64,000 nucleotides of DNA from assembly GCF_001194135.2 (NCBI RefSeq), contig NC_069003.1:31937463-32001462 (forward strand), written 5' to 3'. This document shows positions 42,154-54,647 of this stretch, piece after piece. A program made the translations under genes and the position numbers. The stretch's first letter is position 1, and each line of letters begins with the position of its first letter. A model generated the notes under the pieces. It saw nothing but the letters and a program-made list of their open reading frames with translations. It did not search any database and was not told where the DNA came from. This DNA comes from Octopus bimaculoides. Its lineage: Eukaryota.

Positions 42154-42215
42154 GTAAAGCCACTCCTGTAGGGGCAAGGGCAGGCATTACAAGATCTGTG
42201 ATGGAGAAAATTAAG
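42154..42215 (+). CDS. MTG1: MTG1 exon 6 (GKATPVGARAGITRSVMEKIK)
   Basis: G2 region (xGITR); TTGCAG| acceptor; AAG|GTAACT donor. Confidence 0.93.
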
Positions 42216-42946
42216 GTAACTTTTTTTTTTGTTTATATAATAAAGCTTTTAAGGAACAAAACATGGCTGTGATAAAATCATAGCTATTTTTCAGGCCAAA
42301 CAAAGCCTTATGAGTGAATATGGTAGACAGAAACTGAAAGTGCCGTATATATAGAGTGTCAGGCTCACAGTCATAAGGTAGTGAGTTCAATTCTTGGACT
42401 GGGCTGTGTGTTGTGTTCTTGAGCAAGACACTTTATTTCATTGCCATGGAGAACAATTCTTGCTTTAGCTTTAGGTTAACGAATGCTTCATGATTTAAAT
42501 TCGATGGACAGAAACTGTACTGAAGCCTGTCATGTGTGTGTGTGTTTGTCTTCTCAAACTATCACATTGACATCATTTGGGAAATGCTGACACAGGACTA
42601 TTTGATCGAGATTAACTTAGGACTAAGAAACAACAAAGTCAATATTTTTAGTATTACAAGTCTGTCTTACCCTAGATACCACTATTTTTAATATTGATTT
42701 CAAATTTTGGCACAAGGCCAGCAATTTTGAGGGCAGGGCTAAGTTATTTACATCAACCCCAGTACCCAACTGGTATTTATTTTATCAACCCCTAAGGGAT
42801 GAAAAATAAAGTCAACCTTAGCGGAATTTGAACTCAGAACATAAAGACAGACAAAATGCTGCTAAGCATTTCATCCAGCAGGCTAACCATTCTGCCACTC
42901 CACTGCCTACATTTACTTTTGATATTGCAATTCTGTTTTACCCCAG

Positions 42947-43043
42947 GTATCAGCTGACCCCAAAATTTATGTCTATGACACTCCAGGAGTATTAGCACCA
43001 GAAGTGAAGAATGTTGATGTTGGGATGAAGTTAGCCCTTTGCG
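42947..43043 (+). CDS. MTG1: MTG1 exon 7 (VSADPKIYVYDTPGVLAPEVKNVDVGMKLALC)
   Basis: G3 DTPG motif and KLAL; CCCCAG| acceptor; GCG|GTAAGT donor. Confidence 0.95.
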
Positions 43044-43117
43044 GTAAGTACCACCACCACCACTACAACATACCACCATGGTAGGTCAGCAATGAACTAA
43101 CAAGGGAACCTGTACAT

Positions 43118-43355
43118 CACTGGTTCTCAACTGGGATCCATATAAGATTTTGTTAAAATTTATCAGCAATAAAATTGGTTATACTTCTACAATGCACAAA
43201 ATATTTTAACAATTCTTTCAATATAATTCTTAATAATATCTAATTACTATAAAAATATATGATTTTTTTAAACATCAAATAGTTATGGGGATCCATTTGA
43301 GTAAAATAGGAATCAAAGAACTCCATAGGTAAAAAAAGATGGTTGAGAAACGCTG
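43118..43355. mobile_element. hAT (Charlie-like) MITE with 8-bp TSD, in MTG1 intron 7
   Basis: CACTGGTTCTCAAC...GTTGAGAAACGCTG; flanks CTGTACAT and CTATACAT. Confidence 0.85.
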
Positions 43356-43866
43356 CTATACATGGTTGCTTCAAGTCTTCAAGGTATACTATGCTGAGAA
43401 TGTAGTAAGATTAATGGTCACTGTTGTTGACTGACATCCTTCAACTTTTTCTGTTCAATAGGGTTTTTTTTTTTTCCAAACCAACATTTACATGTTGTTA
43501 TTTATAGCTTTATATGCTTCAAGATCCACTATTCCAAACAAGGTGGTGGTGCATGGCTTAGTGGTTAGATTGTTGAATTCATGATCCTAAGATTGTGGTT
43601 TCAATTCCTGGGCCAGGTGACGCATTGTGTTCTTGAGCAATGCACTTCATTTCTCATTGCTCCAGTCCACTCGGCTGGTAAAAATGAGTAATCCTACAAC
43701 AGACCAGTATCCTGTCCAGGTGCAGAATATATACACCATGGAAACCAGGAAATCTCTCTATCTCTATCTCTCTCTCTATTTCCCACTTTTCTCCCTCATA
43801 CATATAAACACATGCATACCCACAGCTACAACACATTATCATCTCTCCATTACAATGTCTTTACAG

Positions 43867-43948
43867 CTTGTCTTCAAGACCATCTGGTTGGAGAAGACGT
43901 GATCGTCGACTTTTTACTCTACTGGTTCAACAAGCACAAAAATTTTCG
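43867..43948 (+). CDS. MTG1: MTG1 exon 8 ([28 protein letters not shown])
   Basis: DHLVGE...D(F/Y)LLY matches MTG1; TTACAG| acceptor; TCG|GTAAAT donor; phase consistent. Confidence 0.93.
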
Positions 43949-44108
43949 GTAAATTTCCGTTTATTTAATTCCAAAACTCTTTTAGATATTAATAACGATA
44001 ATTAATTTATACCTTATTATAATCTAAATTCCAATGCCAGCTGCCTTCTACTATAGCCTTGGGCCAACCAAAGCCTTGTGAGCGGATTTGGTTGACAGAA
44101 ACTGAAAG

Positions 44109-44167
<59 letters not shown>

Positions 44168-44490
44168 AAATATATATGTATTTATATATATATATATATA
44201 TATATTGTAGAGAGAGAGGTGTATATAGACATCTATATATATATGTGTGTGTGTGCATGCACACACACATACACACATACTCACATGCACATCTCACATT
44301 TGAGTGTAACTTAGTATCTTGATATACTTCCTATTGTTGTAACCCATGAGTTATCCTTCTTTCTTCCCTATCAACACAGATGAAACAAACTTGAGCTCTG
44401 CTCTTCCTTTTAACCAACCCATTAAATTCTACTCTACAAAAACAAACTGCTAACACAGAAATACTTGGTGTTTTATGTTTATGTTTTTAG

Positions 44491-44606
44491 CTACATGTCA
44501 GTGTTTGAATTGGAAGAACCTTTGGATGATGTCCTAGATTTCCTAAATCATGTGGCCTTGAAGAACAACAAAATAGCACGGGTTACCTCTCTAGATCCTT
44601 CCAAAG
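44491..44606 (+). CDS. MTG1: MTG1 exon 9 (YMSVFELEEPLDDVLDFLNHVALKNNKIARVTSLDPSKG)
   Basis: TTTTAG| acceptor; AAG|GTGACT donor; phase 2 to 1 fits both neighbours. Confidence 0.88.
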
Positions 44607-44703
44607 GTGACTATCAAATTTAAGATGTCTCTAATATGTCTCTTGTTTTTACAGTTTGGTACCTAATCCAATTGATTCCATGTAATTTTTCTTACCTTTC
44701 CAG

Positions 44704-44828
44704 GTCGTACAGTATACAAGCCTGACTTCACTGCTGCAGCTTCACTTGTCTTAAAGAAATTTCGAGCCGGAGAGCTTGGTCCAGTTATGCTTGACAGTAA
44801 TAAAATTAAGCATTTACATAAAGCGTAA
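44704..44828 (+). CDS. MTG1: MTG1 exon 10, terminal (RTVYKPDFTAAASLVLKKFRAGELGPVMLDSNKIKHLHKA*)
   Basis: PDxxAAA...FRxGxLGxVMLD C-terminal motif. The ten exons join to 990 nt = 329 aa plus stop. Candidate AATAAA at 45131. Confidence 0.93.
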
Positions 44829-47101
44829 TGCTTGCTGTAAAATACTGTAAAATATCGTTTTATACTTCCCTGTATATACAACCTTTCTTTTCTCTGCCTT
44901 TGCTGGCTAACAACAGGTTATATTTATTGTTCACAGCTGAATAGTTTGCTGTGAAAAGAGACATTCAACTGTAAATGTAATTATTTCCAACAATATAGAA
45001 ATTTGTAAAATTTACTGCAAAGCAAAAAGAAAAAAACAATGTACTGTTTCCAGATTGTATTGTTTCATGCAGAAATTCAGGAAGAAAGGAAAAAAAAAGA
45101 ACTATGTTGATATTTTTTATTTTTTTGTTGAATAAATTATTTAACTAAAAATACTCTTTTGTTATTCTTTCTGTTGTTGTTTAACCCCAGATCGGTCATG
45201 ATCCAAGAGACATTTGATCAAGAATGTTCCAGCTGTGATCATCTCCTTTATTGTTTTTTTTTTTCATTCACAATGTCCACTTTTATCTCTGTGGGGTGTT
45301 TGGTGTTATGAAGGGCATCCAGCTGTAGAAACACTGCCAAAACAGACAGCGAAGCCTGGTGCAGTCTTCTGCCTAGCCAGCTCCTGTCAAACCAGCCAAC
45401 CCATGCCAGCATGGAAAGCAGATGTTAAATGATGATAATGAATGTATTTTCGATTACATTATCCAATGTTTCCTTCTTGTTGATATTGTATATGTTATTA
45501 GCTACAGGTCAGCAATGATTAAGCAGATCTATAATCAAAGCCACTCCAGCTACGACCATCCCTGTCTTTTTCTGTATCAAGGACTACCTCATCTAAATTG
45601 TCCTTCCCATTTCTAACAAGGTAAGATATTATTCCTGAGAGAACAAGCTTCTATTTTCAACAGGTCAACAGATCACAAGAAACTCTCCAGTTAGCCCCAA
45701 TTCTGCCATGATTAGGGCTTCTCATCTAACCACCTTGTCTTCTTTCAGGTTTAATGTAATGTATAACTACATTACCCAAATTATCCTCTTTTTGTAACCC
45801 TTTGCCTGTCTAAAACATTTTCCTCTGTTGGTTCTAATCATCTGTGCTTTTTTTTTTTCACACTTTTAGTTAACTCTTATTTCATATGTTCTGGATTAAC
45901 ATAAAGTTTTCCTTTCTTAAGTCCTAAGTCCTTTTGGTAGTTGAAACAAAGATGAGGTCATACCCTTGCACTCTTGTGCCAGTGGCCAATTCCCCATACA
46001 AGAGGTCTTTTAGGATCTCCTGTGGTGGTGGTGGTCGTGGCAGTGGCGGCGATGGCGATGATGATGAAGACGACGACGACGACGATGATGATGACGACAA
46101 CAACGATGACAAAGAAGTGGAGGAGATGGTCTATACTGTATTTAGATCAGTTTGATGTCCAAACATCATGTAGAATCTAATTTCTGGACGTGTACACAGT
46201 ATTGTATGAAACTGATCTTGAAGTAGGATCATGTAACAACAACAACAACAACCACAACAACAAAGTCCAGATAACACTCAGACCAATCTAGGCCACTGAA
46301 AACAATGTGGAGGTAAATATTACAAAAGTAAAAAAATTGTTTCCTCTCATCTAAATATGAGGTTAATAGCCTGAAAAATTAAAAACCTTATTAACAAGTC
46401 ATTGCAGACATTTAGACATTTAATTAGAGAAAGCTGTCTAAGAAAACAATTACAACTTGGAGGAGGAGGGGAAAGTGTTAAGGGAAAAGCAGCCGTGACC
46501 TTTTCAAGGTTTCTGTCACTGGTGGTGGTGGGGGCTGAGGTGGTGGTGGAGGTGGAGGCAAAGGTAGTTGAGGTGGTGACAGTGATAACAGTGGCTATGG
46601 TGCTGGTGGGATTGTGATGAGGGTGGTGGTGATGATATTGGCAGTCATGGTGGTGGTGGTGGTAGAAAGGAGGTGAAAGCGTCATGATTCATGAATTGCT
46701 GTGGTAGGAACCAACTCTTCATGATGTTGAATTATTCTCAGAGACCCAAGATCTGGTCTAAACGTTTTGCAATTTGTAAGAATGGAACTTGCATTAAAAA
46801 GTATTCAAGAGTGTTTATCATGTAACATCGCTGTGTGCCTTCTGCCTCATATATGACACAGTTTATCATACGTGCCTGGTCAAGTGGGCAAGCCCCAGGT
46901 GTGCATGATAAACTCCATCATATACGAGGCAAAAGTCACAGCAACATGAAAAATAAAACAGATGCACCACATTCATTTTGTAACATTAAAAAAACTTCAC
47001 ACATCAAGTAATTCACTTAACTTCACTCTGATTAATAATTGACGTTACGTTACAACATTAACTCGACCTCTGCTTCACTAACCAACCTACCTACTACTGA
47101 A

Positions 47102-47133
<32 letters not shown>

Positions 47134-47349
47134 CACCGCAACAACAACATACACACACACTCACATTCATACATACACACACACACACAGACATACATGC
47201 ACACATACACAAACACAAATTCACGTACACAAACTTGCACGCACACACATAAACATGCGCACATACACACTCATTCATACATAAACGCACATACATACAC
47301 ACAGATACTCGCATGCACACACACGCAAACATGTACACACACATGCACA

Positions 47350-47403
<54 letters not shown>

Positions 47404-48829
47404 GTATATGCATATGTGTATATATATATATATACACATATATACACACATATATATACATAAATTAATTATATGTGTGTGTGTGTGTGTATGCATGTAT
47501 ATGTATAAGATAAACAAGGAGAGACCAGTATATTTCAGGTTAATGCAGAAGAAACAAGAAGAGGCCAGTTTTAGGCCAGATATTTTCTATCCAAATATTT
47601 CTCCTGTGTGCCCTATCCACTGTAAATTGTGTTTAGTAACTTAAAATAAGATGTCACATTTGTGTACATTGAAAAAAAAAAAAAAAGTTGGTTATCGAAA
47701 TCAATTGGATGACATATAGCTGCAAAGGTCTGATGTAGGGGTTTGATGTGTATGTCATATAAGGTTGAGGATTAGGTAGCTGGAGATCTGTTGGATTGAT
47801 GATTCAATGGAAAAGAATTTGCAATTAATTGTAGGTGTAGGTGTAGATGTGACTGTATGGTAAGCAGTTTGCTTCCCAATCACACGGTTCCAGGTTGAGT
47901 CCCACTGTATGGCACCTGGCACCTTAGGCAAGTGTCTGAACTTTTGCCTCAGGGAGACAAAAGTCTTGTGAGTGGCTTTGGTAGATGGAAACTAAAAGAA
48001 GCCCATTGCATATGTGTGTGTGTGTATGCGTTTGTGTGTGTGTTTTTGTGTCTGTTTGTCCCCTACCACCACTTCATGTGTGTTTCAAAATTTCATGCCT
48101 TGTGTCCATAGTACAAAGAATTACTATTAGCAATAGTATAATTATTATAAGGTGGTGAGCTAGGAGAATTGTTGGCATGTTGAAAAAATTGCTTAGTGGC
48201 ATTTCTTTCTTCTTTTTACATTCTGAGCCCCAATTCAGTTGGGGTTGACTTCACCTTTCATCCTTTCAGGATCAGTAAAATAACTACCAGTTATGCACTG
48301 GGGTCAATATAATCATCTAGCTCCCTCCTACAAAATTTCAGCCCTGTGATTCTATAGTAGAAAAGATTATCATTATTAGTAACAGTGATGATAGTAGTAG
48401 TAGTAGTAGTAGTAGTAGTGTCAATACTAACAAAGCATGGACACTTTGATTTGCTTGTTCCACAAAGGTAACAACAGCTTCAGTTAATTCCTCCTCCAGG
48501 CATTTTTTTTTAGAATTATTATGATTCATCACATGATAAAAAAAATCTGAGACCTCAAGTGCAAGATGTCAATCCAGACTGGCATTAAATAGTCTTGAGG
48601 TGCAAGAAAGGTTTTAGCACAAAATTGAACAAGGTTTTAAGGCAGATCATTCTTCCTATTACCAACCATTTCACAGTATTTTATTGTGCCACAGGCAGTA
48701 GAAACAATGTCAACATCCGAACTTAATTTTCATTAAAAACAAAACAAGACAAAGCAATAATATACTTCATTAATTTATTGAAAAATAATAAAGAATTTGC
48801 TTAAATCATTAAATATTTTTGTTTCATTA

Positions 48830-48991
48830 TCATCTTTTCTCTTTCTTTTTGGTTTTCTTTGATGGTTTTCCTTGTACTGTTGTGGCTGCATTCTTAGTGA
48901 GCCTGCTTTGGTGCCCTGTGGCCTTCAGATGATCGAATAGTTTGTTCCGTGAAGGATAATCTTTACTACATACATTACAAAAGTGCAATGC
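48830..48991 (-). CDS. DNAJC21: DNAJC21 terminal exon with C2H2 zinc finger (ALHFCNVCSKDYPSRNKLFDHLKATGHQSRLTKNAATTVQGKPSKKTKKKEKR*)
   Basis: PSRNKLFDHLKATGH is the signature of the DNAJC21/Jjj1 C-terminal finger; CTACAG| acceptor; AATAAA at 48774-48779 (minus). Confidence 0.92.
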   Translation of the reverse strand, partial: ALHFCNVCSKDYPSRNKLFDHLKATGHQSRLTKNAATTVQGKPSKKTKKKEKR

Positions 48992-49125
48992 CTGTAGAAA
49001 ACAAGACAGAGAGATTTCTTAGTCAACATATGGCAAATTACATAGCATTTTGTTGCTCTTTTAAGTAAATCTATTAATTAAGTATGACAAGATAGAGATA
49101 TGTGTTAGTTGATTTATTGTATAGG

Positions 49126-49331
49126 CTGGTGCCACATAAAAAGCACCATGCTGGGTGTCGCATAAAAAGCACCCATATTGGTGCCACATAAAAAGCACCC
49201 ATGTTGGTGCCACATAAAAAGCATTCATGTTGGTGCCACATAAAAAGCATTCATGCTGGTGTCACATAGAAAAAAATCTGTGTTGGTGCCATGTAAAAGC
49301 ACTCGTGCTGGTGCCACATAAAAAGCACCCG
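49126..49331 (+). repeat. Minisatellite, about 8 x 26-27 nt (GGTGCCACATAAAAAGCACCCATGCT)
   Basis: Visible tandem units running into a retroposon tail. Confidence 0.85.
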
Positions 49332-49569
49332 ATACACTCTGTAAAGTGGTTGGCCATAGAAACCATGCCAAAACAGAAAATTGGAGCCTAGTACAGCTCT
49401 TGAGCTTGCAAGCTCCTGTTAAAAAACCATCCAACTCATGTCAATATGGAAAATGGACATTAAATGATGATGATGATGCTAGTGAATAAGCCAATTGGGT
49501 GTATAAGATGATACTAGAATTTCCTTTTAGAATGTAAGCTTTAGGTTATACTTGCTGTATAAGACTACT

Positions 49570-49785
49570 TGGCACTATTTCCCCTGACTCGCCTTCATGC
49601 CGGTGGCACGTAAAAGCACCCACTACACTCTCAGAGTGGTTGGCGTTAGGAAGGGCATCCAGCTGTAGAAACTTTGCCAGATCAGATTGGAGCCTGGTGC
49701 AGCAATCTGGTTCACCAGTCCTCAGTCAAATCGTCCAACCCATGCTAGCATGGAAAGCAGACGTTAAACGATGATGATGATGATG
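49570..49785 (+). mobile_element. Retroposon 3' tail ending in (GAT)n (…CCAACCCATGCTAGCATGGAAAGCAGACGTTAAACGATGATG)
   Basis: The tail recurs near 5590-5910, 8820-8990, 32140-32280, 37100-37245 and 45310-45440, and reversed near 19080, 36830, 37510 and 51950. LINE/SINE shared tail; clade not determined. Confidence 0.75.
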
Positions 49786-50624
49786 TAAACTCTATATTAC
49801 TTCATGGGACTATCAGTAGAGCTACATTTGGGTTGTGACACACTGGTAACACCCTAAACCATAGCATGTCAATGTCCGGATTTTACATATGGTGTTCAAG
49901 ATGACCCCTGATTTTGAGGTGACATTTTTAAGATTCAAATTCCAGCCTGTATACTGACATATAGAGTAACACTAATTACAACACATTTCAGTTATCTATT
50001 AATTAAATCTGGCAACAGTTAAATCAATTAATTAAATATGAAGAGATGGAAATAGTCATTAATTAACTACTACCTTATGTTATACCTTAAAGAAAGATGG
50101 GACGATCGTGGTGGGAATGTCTTAGATTATAAGTCTACTCAATCATACCTGAGGTTAAACAACTCTGAGTGAAACTCGGCATGATTACTCAATCTGCTAG
50201 ATATAGCAGTCAAATCTCAATATTGTATATCTTAACCCTTTAGCAAGCAGATTACCCTTTCAAATGTAATGCTTATTTATTCACATTGTTTTGAATTAAC
50301 CAAACATTATCTCACAGCTTCAAGATTCTAATGATGTGATTGTTTGTTTTTAGAATAACATTGTAAGGTGCATGTGAGAGGCCAGATCTGGCCACTTTGA
50401 ACACTAACAGGTAGAGTACTTGGGGCAGATATGGCCAGTTTAAATGCTCAAAGGTTTCATATGGAGAGGACATATTAAATAATGTACTCCACCACCACTC
50501 CTAAATAGACGAGTGAGTCATGGTTGGAACTCTTGCTTATATGACTACTAAATTCGGGCTGACCTGAGACTAAACTACAAAGTATAAACACAAAATAAGG
50601 ACCAACAATATTTCTGCCACATAC

Positions 50625-50763
50625 CGTATCATTTTGCATTGTTTTTTCATCTGTTTCATTTGTTGTACTTTCCTCCGTTATGTTTTCTTTATTCTGTAAT
50701 GTTTTCCCATCAGATTTTTTAGATACGCTCTCCTCCACAAGACTTTCAAAAGTTTTAATCACG
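50625..50763 (-). CDS. DNAJC21: DNAJC21 penultimate exon (VIKTFESLVEESVSKKSDGK...EKTMQNDT)
   Basis: About 70-nt pyrimidine tract then CTAG|; ACG|GTATGT donor; phase 2 to 0. Confidence 0.78.
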
Positions 50764-53603
50764 CTAGAAAGAAGAAAACAGAAGAAACGAAAAAGAAATG
50801 AGAGAAAAAAAAACAAAATAAAGAGAAAAACAATTTTAATTATAACNNNNNNNNNNNNNNNNNNNNNNNNNNNNNNNNNNNNNNNNNNNNNNNNNNNNNN
50901 NNNNNNNNNNNNNNNNNNNNNNNNNNNNNNNNNNNNNNNNNNNNNNNNNNNNNNNNNNNNNNNNNNNNNNNNNNNNNNNNNNNNNNNNNNNNNNNNNNNN
51001 NNNNNNNNNNNNNNNNNNNNNNNNNNNNNNNNNNNNNNNNNNNNNNNNNNNNNNNNNNNNNNNNNNNNNNNNNNNNNNNNNNNNNNNNNNNNNNNNNNNN
51101 NNNNNNNNNNNNNNNNNNATATGACAGTCTTCTGCACAGTTTCCATCTATTAAATTCACTCACAAGGCATTGGTCAGCTCAGAGTCATAGTAGAAGATAC
51201 TTGCTCAAGATGTCATATGGTGGGACTGAACCTGAAGCTACATGGTCGCAAAGCAAGCTTATTAACCATACAGTCATGGGAAAATATTTAATACGGGAAA
51301 AAGACAAAGAAGAGGACAATTTTTTTAAAAGGAATGAAACAAAAACTAAAAGAAACTGTAATTAGATGGAAAAGAAAAAAAAAAAACAGAATAAGAAAAA
51401 GAAAGGTAAGAAATATCCTTTCCAACCCCCAAAAACTGGCCAAAATTGTAATCAGACAGAAAATAAAATGAGGAAAAAAACACACTAAAGAAAAATGAGA
51501 TGAATTTTAAGGTGTAAGGTAAGAAGAGGAACAGAAGCAGCCAATGAAAAGAGGAAACCCAGAAAACAAAAGGGTCCATTTGAAGATATGTTGTAACAGT
51601 CTAGGTTAATGGGTGCAACCAATCAGTTGGTAAATAATAAACCAATCCTTCAATGCCATGAAGACATAGACACACAGACATGGATACAAATGGTTTCCAT
51701 AGAAATGGATTTGGGGAAAGCAATATAGCAATATTCAAGAACATTACTTTGGATTGTAAGTATAAACAATTGCAAATGTGCATCTCTCTCTCTCCGTCTC
51801 TCTCTCTTTGTCGCTTGCTCTTTTAATGTATATTTATTTAAAAGCAGTAACAGATGTACTTCTGGCTTTGGTCCTACTGCACAGCACCTTCAGCAAGAGT
51901 ACTTTGAAAGTGGAATTTGTTTGGCAGAAACAGTGTAGAAGTCTGTTGTTTCATCATCATCATTATTTAACGTCCATTGTCCATGCTGGCATGGGTTGGA
52001 TGGTTTGAACAGGGCTGGCAGCGCTGGAAGGCTGCACCAGACTCCAGTCTGATTTGGCATGGTTTTCTATGGTTGGACGCCCTTCCTAATGCCAACCACT
52101 CTGAGAGTGTAATGGGTGCTTTTACATGCCACTGGCACAGGTGCCATTTGCATATGTCTATATTTACTTAAATGTGAGTGCATGTGTGTATGTATGTGTG
52201 GGTATATGAGTGTATGTATGTTGTGAGCCATGTGGCCTAATGGTTAGGGTGATGCACACATAATCCTAAGACCATGGGTTCAATTTCTGGACTGGGCATT
52301 TTGTTCTAAAGCAAAACACTTCATATGGCTCTACAATCAGTTTGACACCTGAAATGTGGCACACCATGCACCTGCACAGGTAATATCAATTTGATGGACA
52401 AAGTAGACTTATGATCACTACAAACAATTCATCTGTGCAAGTTATTTAGCAAGAAATTCAGAATTGTCTTCCTCAGATCGAGAGATAGCCATTAGTGTAT
52501 GTAGGTATTTAACATATATTTTACCTTGCTTGCATGGGTCAGACGGAATTTGTAAATTCCGTCTGGTACAATGAATGTTAAATACCTAAATAAATCGATT
52601 ACATCAACCCCAGTGCTCAACTGTTGCTTATTTTATCAACCTCAGAAGGATGAACGGCAAAGTTGACCTTCATGGAATTTGAACTCAGAATGTAAAGATG
52701 AAATTCCTCTAAGCATTTTGCCCAGCATGCTAACAATTCTGCCAGCCCACTGCCTTAATTTCTCTCAAAATATTGGATAAATATTTCAAAATTTTTTTAC
52801 AAATATATTTATTCAGTTCAGTTTTCTATCTATTCTGCTGGGTGGACTGTTTTAAAAAAAACCAAGTGCAAGTTAATTATAATTCAAAAGAGCCAGAAGG
52901 TAGTATCATCATCTAGCTGACAGGTTAATCCCTAGAGCTGTATCAGTATAGACAAGTAACAAGCTTAGTCTAGCTAGTGACTGAAGGTGATGTGTCTGTA
53001 TGTGTGCATGTAATATGTGTGAGAGGTGGAAGCGGGGTCTATATCACCCCCCACAACCCCACTACAGCTGAGGTGTTTAACTGTACATCTTTATCTTTTT
53101 TTTCCCCCCTTACGTTGACTAATGCATAGTAGGAGTGGGAGTAGGGGCTGCTAAACTTCCATGTCAATGTGAATCGGGTGAAGGAAGAGGTTACTATAGT
53201 TATATATGTGTATATAACCATCATCATCATTTAAGGTTCACTTTTCCATGCTAGCATGGATCGGACGGAATTTGTTCAGGCAGATTTTTCTATGGTTGGA
53301 TGGCTTTCTGATCACAAACCTTCACCTAGGGTTTTTTTTTCAGTTTCCATCTACTAAATTCACTCTCAAAGCTTTAGTAGGCCCAGACTATCACAGAAGA
53401 CACTTGCCCAAGGTGATGCACAATGGGATTGAACCAGAGATCACATGGTTCGAAAGCAAGCTTTTTAAGCACACACAGCCATACCTGCACATATTCACAG
53501 CCACACCTGTGTCTTTGATAAAAGAGAAAAAGAACACAAGGAAACAAATAACAGACAGTAATGGTTACATCTTTTTCATGAAAAACAACTGTTTTCTCCT
53601 TAC

Positions 53604-53752
53604 TTTTTCTGTTTCTCTGGATGTATGTCGATAATTACATCTTTTTCGTTAACTCTGACTTTTCCTTCAAAATCTTGTGCCAATTTGGAAGCTTCTTCAG
53701 CCTTTTTCTTTTCTTTCTTCTTGTCATCGCCATCACTGTCATCATCATTAAT
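53604..53752 (-). CDS. DNAJC21: DNAJC21 internal exon (INDDDSDGDDKKKEKKKAEEASKLAQDFEGKVRVNEKDVIIDIHPEKQK)
   Basis: TTACAG| acceptor; AAA|GTAAGG donor; phase 0 to 2 links both neighbours; D/E/K-rich linker. Confidence 0.78.
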
Positions 53753-54595
53753 CTGTAACAAAAGATGAGAAAAAGATCAGGTATTATTGCGGTAAATATT
53801 ATGGCAGCAGAACCTTCAGCACTCCACATAAAATGCTTTGTAGCATTTTGTTCCTCTTTACATCCCGAGTTCAATATTCGCCAAGGTTGACTTTACTTTT
53901 CATTCTTTCAGGGTCGATAAAATAAGTACCAGTTGAGCACTGGCTCAATGTCATCGACTTACCCCACAACCCTGAAATTACTGGCCTTGTGCCAAAATTT
54001 GAAACTGTTATTACAATCAATACTTAGGCATTGAGACAGCAGAATTTTTAGCATGCTGGACAAAATGCTCAGCATCATTTCATCCATCTTTATGTTCTAA
54101 GTTCAAATACTGCCGAGGTTGACTTTGCCTTTCATTTTTTCAGAGCCAATAAAATAAGAACCAGTTGAGTACTGGGGCTGATGTAATCAACTTCCCCATC
54201 CCTCAAAATTGCGGGCCTTGTGCCAAAATAAGAAAGGATCATTACACTAAATACTAACCATGAGATTGTAATTCCTCAGACTTAGCAAAGAAACGTTTCC
54301 CCCACCAATATTTATAGTGTCTCAATCAGATTAATCTCCAATTGTTACCAGGTCTTTATTCCTGGATGTAAGCATAGTAGTAACATATCAGACTGGATTT
54401 GAACCAGGAACCCTTATTTTTAAACAGAGTGTTTGGCAATGTTAGCTTTCAGGCCGCATTCCCAGTTAGAGGGCAACTTCTACACACCAGTTGGGAAATA
54501 ACTAAAAAAATAAGAGGACCATAACCAGGAAATACACAAATAGCTAAAATAAAATAAAATAAATAAACAAATAAATAAATAAATATAAATTCCAC

Positions 54596-54647
54596 CTGAG
54601 CAAGAAGTCGCTGTTGTTTCTTCTTTTTCTTCTGTTTTTTTGACATT
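54596..54647 (-). CDS. DNAJC21: DNAJC21 internal exon (MSKKQKKKKKQQRLLAQ)
   Basis: Matches the SKKQKKKKQ segment of DNAJC21; poly-T plus CAG| acceptor; CAG|GTGGAA donor; phase 2 to 0. Confidence 0.82.

Noticed and set aside
25-47644. Dozens of track ORFs rich in YI, CV, HT, LS or X
   Set aside because: They are translations of (TA)n, (CA)n, (GA)n and (GATA)n microsatellites and N gaps.
49126-49331. Regular ~27-nt array resembling CRISPR
   Set aside because: No unique spacers, animal context, and derived from a retroposon segment.
53637-53639. Earlier donor GAT|GTAATT for the 53752 exon
   Set aside because: It gives phase 0, which is incompatible with the next exon; the donor at 53604 (GTAAGG) restores the frame.
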